Source: Octopus sinensis | Taxonomy: Eukaryota | DNA length: 64,000 nt | NCBI RefSeq assembly: GCF_006345805.1 | Contig: NC_043017.1 | Span: forward strand, 5,146,001-5,210,000 | Direction of reading: 5' to 3' | In this document: in pieces, positions 55,464 to 64,000 of the stretch | How the letters are laid out: the number at the start of each line of letters is the position of its first letter | How positions within the stretch are numbered: position 1 is the stretch's first letter | The notes under the pieces: model-generated | What the model was told of the DNA's origin: nothing | The model's database searches: none | The model's input: only the letters and a program-made list of their open reading frames with translations | Translations under genes and position numbers: made by a program

Positions 55464-55630
55464 TTCTATTACACATTCCATCTCCTATTTTATTAATACT
55501 ATATATATATATATTATCTGAAACCCACTCTACTGACAGATATATGAGTACATCTTTTCCCTGCCTTATTGTCCCTTAGATGGCTCACGCATGTATGTGT
55601 GTGTGTGTGTGTGCGTGTGTGTGTGTGTGT

Positions 55631-55955
55631 GAAGGTGCATGGCTTAGTGGTTAGCGTATTCAGTTCACAATCACAAGATCATGAGTTCAGTTCCTGGCAG
55701 GGCAGCATGTTGTGCCTCTTGAGCAAGACACTTTATTTCATGTAACTCCAGTTCACTCCATTGGTAAAAGGGAGTAGTAGCACCAGTATTTCAAAGGGCC
55801 GACCATGTCACATTCTGTGTCACGCTGAATCTCCCAGAGAACTATGTTACGGTGACCCATGATTGTGGGGTGCTCAGCCACTTGCACATGAATTTCACGA
55901 GCAAGCTGTTATATTAATCAGAACAACTGGAACACCAGTCATGACCGACAGAGTG
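55631..55955 (+). mobile_element. SINE family D
   Basis: Homology to 3687-4010. Confidence 0.85.
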
Positions 55956-56029
55956 GCAGTAAATATGCATACATCTATGCTAAAATATATACGTGTATAT
56001 AAATATATATCAATACATATATATATATA

Positions 56030-56275
56030 TATTATATCATATAACGTTTTTTTAAACAATATTAATAGCGTTCTGTCTATCACTATACAAATCCATAATT
56101 TTTTGCTAAAATGTCTTATTGACGAGTTTCGTTTTTTTTTTTCACTTTCCTGAAGAGGAGATTGCATTGTTTATACCATTTATTCTTTTGGATAGTATCA
56201 GTGGAATTTTCGAAACATGTGTCGAAAGTAAAAATATTTGATTTACACCTGCGTTAAAATCCATTTATTTATTCA
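56030..56275 (+). mobile_element. Penelope-like terminal fragment carrying the hammerhead, inserted in (TA)n
   Basis: About 240 bp of unique sequence flanked by (TA)n on both sides, containing the CTGAAGA...CGAAAC hammerhead typical of PLE termini. Confidence 0.5.
56144..56229 (+). ncRNA. Minimal type I hammerhead ribozyme (Penelope-like element type)
   Basis: Stem I ACTTTC 56144-49 pairs with GAAAGT 56224-29; core CTGAAGA 56150-56; stem II 56157-69 with 56199-211 (12 of 13 positions pair, incl. G-U); GAAA 56212-15; C-ATGT-G minimal stem III with palindromic ACATGT; GTC cleavage triplet 56221-23. Confidence 0.8.
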
Positions 56276-57821
56276 TATATATATATATATTTGTGAATGC
56301 CTCCCTGTGTGTATAAGGTGTATATGGAATGATGATTCTACACATTCAGAAGGCTGACTCATCATCATAAACACAACAAAATATTCATCTAATCTTGATA
56401 TATTTACAATAGTACAGCTTGTGTGTGTGTATGTGTGTAGTCGTGTGTATAAGTAATGTGTGCATACATGTACACACACACACACACCTCTGCATATGGC
56501 TATGTATTTATGAATATGTCAGAAATGGGAGGAATACATTTGAATCATTGAAATGTTTTGACAATCATCTAAACGAATATATTTGTTTTTTATCTCTTAG
56601 TTTCATTAATTTATTTTATATACATGTCAATGCATGTTTTCATATATATACACACACACATATATATATATATGTGGAAACATTGAGATGGATAGGTAGA
56701 TTAGTTATGGGATTCAATAGAATCTAGGCATGTCCATTTGTAGGGCACCAGAAATGGCTAGGTACAGTAGCATAGAGTTCATTATGAGGTAAAACAACCA
56801 TGAAGGTATCAGGTGTTGGTAGGATATTGTAAACACGTAAGTACCAAATCCAATTTGAATCATAGAGCCATTTCAAGGATGGTTCTAGGTGCAGTGCGTG
56901 CGTGCGTGCGTGCGTGTGTGTGTGTGAGTGTGTGTGTGTGTGAGTGTATCATCATCATCGTTGTTCATGGGTTGGACGGTTTGGCATGGGTTGGACGGTT
57001 TGTACCAGGCTTACAAAGACTAAGTCCTGGGTCAATTTTTTTTTACTAAAGGCGATGCTCCAGCATGGCCGTAGTCAAATGCCTGAAACAAGTAAATGAA
57101 TAAAAGAATCTGTCTTTCTTCTTTTCTTCCTTTCTTTATTTCCTCTTTTCTTTCCTTCTTTCCTTCCTCTCCTTCCTATCTTCTTTCTTTCCTTCCTCTT
57201 TCCTTCCTTCCTTCCTTCCTTCTGTCCTTCCTCTTTCATTTCTGTTTGACAACCCCCCCCCCACACGCCCATCTACTCCTTTTGTATTCTAGGTTTGAAG
57301 GAAGTATGTATCATAATAAAATTTTATTTTATATTTGCAAGCATATAAAAGGAAACCAGAATGTGTGTGTGTCCGTGTGTAAATGTACAATTATATATAT
57401 ACATGCGTGTGTGTGTGTACATATATATGCACACAGAGTTTTTTAATGTTTTATTCATGGCTGATGTTTTTATGTGTGTGTGTGTGTACAATGTGTGTGT
57501 ACATACATATATATATGTATATATATGTATATATGTGTTTTTGTGTTTGTGTACATACATATATATATATGTATATGTATATATATATATACATCTATCT
57601 ATATATATATTTGTGTATGTATATATACCTCTATATATATGTGTGTATATGTATATATATATATACATCTATCTCTCTCTCTCTATATATATATATATGT
57701 GTATGTATATACACCTCTATATATATGTGTGTGTATATGTATATGTGTCTGTATATATACATCAATATATGTGTATATGTATATGTTTCTGTATATATAC
57801 ATCAATATATGTGTATGTGTA

Positions 57822-57886
<65 letters not shown>

Positions 57887-58585
57887 ATGCTGTATGTGTA
57901 GCCATAAGTATACATGACAACTGGCTGGTATAATCAATAACCGCAAAGAGTAATTTAGAAATGGTCAACTTCTTTGAAAGAATCTACTTAATAGCTGGCA
58001 GAGAGCCATAGAATTGTTCCTACAAGACATTCCCCGCAGAAGAAGTGGTCTTCATCGATCTTATTGGAAGCGCTAAAATAGATACAAAGAGTTTACGAAA
58101 CATTGAAGTGAAAACCATGCGAAGAAATGTCGATGCTTCTAAAGATTTATCTGGAATGGTTGAATGACAGAAATAAGAGAGAAGCCCTGAAGCAAATTAT
58201 GGCTGGAATGGCTTGGAAAGATCTTAATTATTGGATAGAATTTTTTCCTTGAGTTAGATGTGGAGGCTTCAACAGTGTGTTGAGTGAAACTGTTAGTGTG
58301 GAACACTTTGTTAATGTGGGCCACATGTTGTTGTTATTGTCGTTTCAATAGGGACACGGGACATGGAGGAATCAAATGCTGGCCTTGTTGTTGCCCTTAT
58401 AATAATCATCACCACCACTATAGTTATCAGTATCATCATCATCATGATCGTCATTATTAGCTTCATCATCATCATCATCAACAACAGCAGCATCAACATC
58501 ATCAGTTTCTTCTTCATCATCATCAGCATCATAATCATCATCATCCTCAGTACCCTCTTCCTCCTCATCATCATCATTATTATCC

Positions 58586-58813
58586 TATTTCTTTACTACC
58601 TACAAGGGGCTAAACACAGAGAGGACAAACAAGGACAGACAAATTGATTAAGTCGATTACATCGACCCCAGTGCGTAACTGGTACTTATTTAATCGACCC
58701 CGAAAGGATGAAAGGCAAAGTCAACCTCGGCAGAATTTGAACTCAGAATGTAGCGGCAGACAAAATACCACTAAGCATTTTGCGCGGCGTGCTAACGGTT
58801 CTGCCAGCTCGCC
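58586..58813 (-). mobile_element. SINE family B, full length
   Basis: Reverse-complement homology to 41795-42026. Confidence 0.9.
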
Positions 58814-59141
58814 CTCTTTATTATCCATCATCATTATTATCCACCACTGTAACCATCGTGACATAAGTGCAGCCAGTTCTAAAGGGACAGAGGACTTTGT
58901 ATAAGTGGTAGAATGTATCGGATTAAATTCTCTGTAGAAAAACACAATACATGCTGTAGGCTTGAACTCACAATCTTATATATAAGGGGCTGGCTGGATC
59001 GGAGCGATCTCAAGATTAATCAGCCGAAATTGCGAGGATGGTCCGGTTCTTGACTGAAAATTGAAGGCTTCAAATGTCCCATCCGTGTTTTTTGTATCGT
59101 CTTCTAAATGTTTTACGTTCTTGTCCCAGTTTGTATTTTTC

Positions 59142-59186
<45 letters not shown>

Positions 59187-59682
59187 CCATGTGCCTTACT
59201 ATATATATGATGGGCTTCTTTCAGTTTCCATTTATGAAATCCAGTCACAAAGCTTCAGTCAGCCGTGGGTTGCAGTAGAAGACACTTGCCCAAGGTACTG
59301 CATAGTGGGACTGAACCTGGATCCATCTAGTTGGGAAACACACTTCTTACCACACCGTCATATCAGCACCTACACTCCCCAGCTTAACATACCCTGAACT
59401 CACCCTCAACATATCCTGTTGTCTTAATTCTTAGTTCCTACCTTGTAAGGAATACCTTTAGTTGATGACACTGATAACTCGGTAATTTTGGAATGGTAAC
59501 CAACTTCTAGAAATTCTTACAAAGGTTACTTACATATTTACCATAGTCTTGGCAGGAAGGAGGAGACATTTTACTGTAGTACACCAAATCTTCTTCAAGT
59601 GCCTTACATTCCATAATTTCACAGCAGCAGCAGCAGTTGTTGTTAAACCCCTTCCCCATCCGAAATCATACTCTCTTTTCTT

Positions 59683-60140
59683 TTTTTACTCTTTTCCTTG
59701 TTTCAGTCATTTGACTGTGGTCATGCTGGAGCACCGCCTTTAGTCGAGCAAATCGACCCCAGGACTTATTCTTTGTAAGCCTAGTACTTATTCTATCGGT
59801 CTCTTTTGCCAAACTGCTAAGTGACGAGAATGCAAACACACCACCCAAGCCTTGTGAGTGGATTTGGTAGACGGAAACTGAAAGAAGCCCATTGTATATA
59901 TGTATATATATGTGTGTATGGTTGTGTGTGTGTGTGTGTGTTTGTGTTTGTCCCCCCAACATCGCTTGACAACCGATGCTGGTGTGTTTACATTCCCATA
60001 ACTTAGCGGTCCGGCAAAAGAGACCGATAGAATAAGTGCTAGGCTTACAAAGAATAAGTCCTGGGGGTCGATTTGCGCGACTAAAGGTGGTGCTCCAGCA
60101 CGGCCACAGTCAAATGACTGAAACAAGTAAAAGAGTAAAA
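59683..60140. mobile_element. Inverted pair of SINE family A 3' halves
   Basis: 59683-59842 is the reverse complement of 59983-60140. Confidence 0.9.
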
Positions 60141-60505
60141 AAAGTAAATTAATCCTACGGTGTTTACTGTCTTAGCTTTCTGCTTCTGTCTGATACCGAC
60201 AGAGCACAAATTGTCGATAACTCCCAGCTGTGCTTAAAATTTTAGCCAAAACTGAAATGGGTTGGGATATATAAGATGACTATGTTACACCATTTTTCAT
60301 TTTACTTAACGTGATTTTCTAATATCCTAAAATGCATTTTTGCGGTATTTTACTGCATTTCCGGCACGAGCCCACAATCGCTCTTCTACCTTGCACTTTC
60401 TATAATTTCTATTTTTGTATTTGTTTTTTCTATTTTAATTTTGTTTGGGGGGGGTTATATATGTATGTGTATATATTTATATGTGTGTATATATATGTCT
60501 GTATT

Positions 60506-60545
<40 letters not shown>

Positions 60546-60578
60546 AGTATGTATGTATTACATACATGTGTATATATG

Positions 60579-60643
<65 letters not shown>

Positions 60644-61244
60644 ACACACACACACAAACCTGCCACCATTTCTTTGGTTTCTTCCCTTATTATTTACCAT
60701 TTTTCCTTCCATCAACCCCAGCAGTGAGTCAGTTGTTGCTTCAAGAATTCCTTTGCATCACCACCATGTCCATCCATCCATCCACCCATCCGCCCATCCG
60801 CCCACCCACCCATCCATCAATCCAATTCTTATACCTTTATATATATAGAACCAACCATTTTTTTCCCTCCTATTTTTCAAAGTATTTAATTTCTTTCCTC
60901 TTATCTACCTTTCAAAACTTTTTTCTGCTTCTTCCTTCTATTTACTCAGCTTAACCATATTTCTCGAATCTCCGCAGATAGCCATTTCATGGCACTTTTC
61001 TCGTTTTTTGCTGCATTTTCCGATTTTACCATCTTAAAATCCCTCTTTAATAATGCAGTACAAGAAATTTAAAACTGAAAATTAATTTGGAATAACAACA
61101 CAAAACTAGAGATTTTTTTTGTTATTTGCTTAAGTTTTGTTTGTCTTTGTTTTTTTTTCTTTGGTTGTTTTGGGATGTCTTCTGCGTGACAGCTTCTGTG
61201 GAAAAAATAATTCACATGGGAAAAAAATATATGTAGTTATTGTG

Positions 61245-61275
<31 letters not shown>

Positions 61276-62256
61276 ATAAATGTTTGTGTATGCATGTTTA
61301 TATAAATGTGCTTCAGTGTGCACGCATCAATATATTAATGTGTGTGTGTGTATCTGCACGAGTATATAAATATATGTGTATGCATGTGTATATAATTGTG
61401 CGTGTATGTATGCATGTGTATATAAATGTGTATGTATGCATGTGTATATAAATGTGTTTGAGTGCGCACACATCTCTATATTGTGTGTGTGTATCTGCAT
61501 GAGTATATGAATGTGTGTGTGTGTGTATATAAATGTGTTTGGGTATGTGTGTATCTGCAAGTGTATATAAATATGTGTGTGTGTATGCATGTGTATATTA
61601 ATGTATGTGTGTGTGCACGTGCATATGTATGAAAATGTGCATATGTATGAAAATGTGCATATGAGTGTGTGTGTGTATGCAGGTGTATATAAAGATGTAC
61701 ATGCGTGTTCATGCGTTTATAAATGTGTTTGTATGTGTCTGTGAACACGTGCATATGTGCATATAAATTTATGTATGTATGCAGATGATTATATAAATGT
61801 ACACGTGCATGTGTGTATTTATGTATGTATTAAATTAAATTTTAAATAAACATTATTTTTTCCCCCTTATTTGGCAATCTTCCATTTCCAGAGCTCTCAT
61901 AAAATTGCTTTCCCATTCTCTTAAAAGGTGATAAACCTTCCACATCCATTATTACAAGATCCAATACACCCTTGTAAAAATATCCTTGACATCATTTCAC
62001 ATCTATTTTCCTATCTCCTCATGGATCGGATGGATTGTCTCTGCACAGGCATTGGCAGTGTGGTGAGAAGTTTGGCTCTCAACCACATAGTTCCAGGTTC
62101 AGTCCCACTGTGTGCCTCCTTTGGCAAATGTTTTCTCCTATAATCCTGGGCCAACCAAAATCTTGTAGATCTTGTAGATCTGGTAGATGGAAACCAAAAG
62201 AAGCTCATTGGGTGTGTGTGTGTGTATATATATATATGTATATGTATGTATATATA

Positions 62257-62427
62257 GGAGCAGGAGTGGCTGTGTGGTACATAGCTTGCTTACCAACCAC
62301 ATGGTTCTGGGTTCAGCCCCACTGCATGGTACCTTGGGCAAGTGTCTTCTACTATAGCCTCAGGTTGACGAAAGCCTTGTGAGTGGATTTGGTAGACGGA
62401 AACTGAAAGAAGCCCATCGTATATATG

Positions 62428-62464
<37 letters not shown>

Positions 62465-62672
62465 ATACATTTGTGTGTCTGTGTTTGTCTCCCAACATTG
62501 CTTGACAACCAATGCTGGTGTGCTTATGTCTCTGTAATTAGCAGTTCAGCAAAAAAAAGTCTGATAGAATAAGTACTACGCTTACAAAGAATAAATCCTG
62601 GAGTCGATCTGCTCGACTAAAGGCGGTGCTCCAGCATGGCCACAGTCAAACAACTGAAACAAGCAAAAGAGT
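62257..62672 (+). mobile_element. SINE family A, preceded by a 5' half at 62040-62210
   Basis: Homology to 5792-6196. Confidence 0.88.
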
Positions 62673-63117
62673 AAGGCAGCCCTTACTTAAAAGAATAAAG
62701 GAGAGTTTGACTGAGATTTGGTTTCTATTTCTAACATGCCCATTGACCACATTTAGGCTCCTTTATCGTCTGCTAATTTCACTGCTTCCCTGCTTCTTTG
62801 TCATTGATATTTTCCATCATGTGATAAACATCAGACAATAAACCAATGACATATTCATCAATATTCTATTTTCTTTATCATTGTTTCCACCATTGATTTC
62901 ATTTTCCCATGTTTTTCCTTGCTGGGGTGGTTTCTTGGTGGAAGTAGCTATTGTGATTTCATGGCTGGGTGGGTACCCTTGCTACTGATGACCACTCAAC
63001 TGTGAAATAAGGGATGGGAACATCTTAATTTGTTTGTTGGTTTGTTTGTTCATGGACACAATACAGTTACAGTATTATTAGTAGAGCTCATAAATCTGAA
63101 TATACCTTCTTTTTTTT

Positions 63118-63500
63118 TTTACTCTTTTACTTGTTTCAGTTATTAGGCTGCGGCCATGCTGGGGCACTGCCTTGAAGAATCTTCTTAGTTGAATGTATCA
63201 ACCCTAGTAGTTATAATTGTAAAGACAAGTACTTATTCTTTCGATCTCTTTTGCCAAACTGCTAAATTACAGGGATGTAAACACACCAACACTGGTTGTC
63301 AAGCAGTGGTAGGGGACAAAACACACACACACACATATATGACAGGCTTCTTTCAGTTTCTTTCTACCAAATCCACTCACAAGGCTTTGGTTGGCCCAAG
63401 GCTACAGTGGGAGACACTTGCACAAGGTGTCATGCAGTGGGATTGAACCTGGAACCATGTGGTTGGGAAGCAAGCCTCTTACCACACAACCATGCCTGCA
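63118..63500 (-). mobile_element. SINE family A
   Basis: Reverse-complement homology to 5792-6196. Confidence 0.85.
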
Positions 63501-64000
63501 AATTATTCTAACCAAAAATGTAACTCCTTTCACTACCACCACCACCACCACCACCTTCATTTAATGTCTATGTCCCATGCTGGCATGGATTGGATGGTTT
63601 GATCAGATCTGATGGGCCCAAGGACTACATCTCACTCCAGTTGTCTGCTTTGCCATGGTTTATTCATCCGGATGCCTCTCCTAATGCCAATCCCTTTCTA
63701 GCATGTTGGTTTCTTGCAGCACCAGCATTTGCAAGAGATCAAATTCCCAAGGGGGCAACCTTATGGTAGGAGATGAGAGGCAGAAGATAGGTAAGAGTAT
63801 GAGATATAGGGTGAAAGACAAACAGGTTTCTTGCTGTGGAGGGACTATATGACTATTCACAATTTAAAGTCCCCTAATGTTTTGAGCAAAAGTCCCTTGT
63901 CACATACTTTTCTGACTTCTATGAAGAGCTTTGCTCAAAGGCCCTTTATATTTGTATGGACTGGCACAAGAACCATGATATTTTGAGCAATAAATGTTTA

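Overview
AT-rich, repeat-saturated animal DNA, almost certainly from an octopus, judged by the SINE families and extreme (AT)n/(AC)n/(AAT)n/(CT)n microsatellite load. It reads as a large intron or gene desert, with a 100-N gap at 26013-26112. No complete host gene is recognisable, and nearly all ORFs in the supplied track are microsatellite or SINE read-throughs. Real coding remnants are two mariner transposase C-termini (9063-9283, 31776-32083) and two R4/Dong-type retrotransposon C-termini in (TAA)n (30381-30985). Other mobile elements include several tRNA-derived SINE families, pogo/Tigger-like MITEs, a piggyBac-type MITE inside a foldback element, a non-autonomous Helitron and several minisatellites. 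The most interesting signal is a set of short Penelope-like fragments inserted in (TA)n tracts that carry hammerhead ribozyme folds: one intact-looking minimal type I hammerhead (56144-56229), a decayed relative (55405-55463), and a second family with an atypical CUGUNGA core (799-834, 4147-4182). Also notable are a SINE that repeatedly joins to its own family's head through a Tx1-like tail, several long inverted repeats (potential ADAR substrates) and a few isolated candidate exons or microexons.
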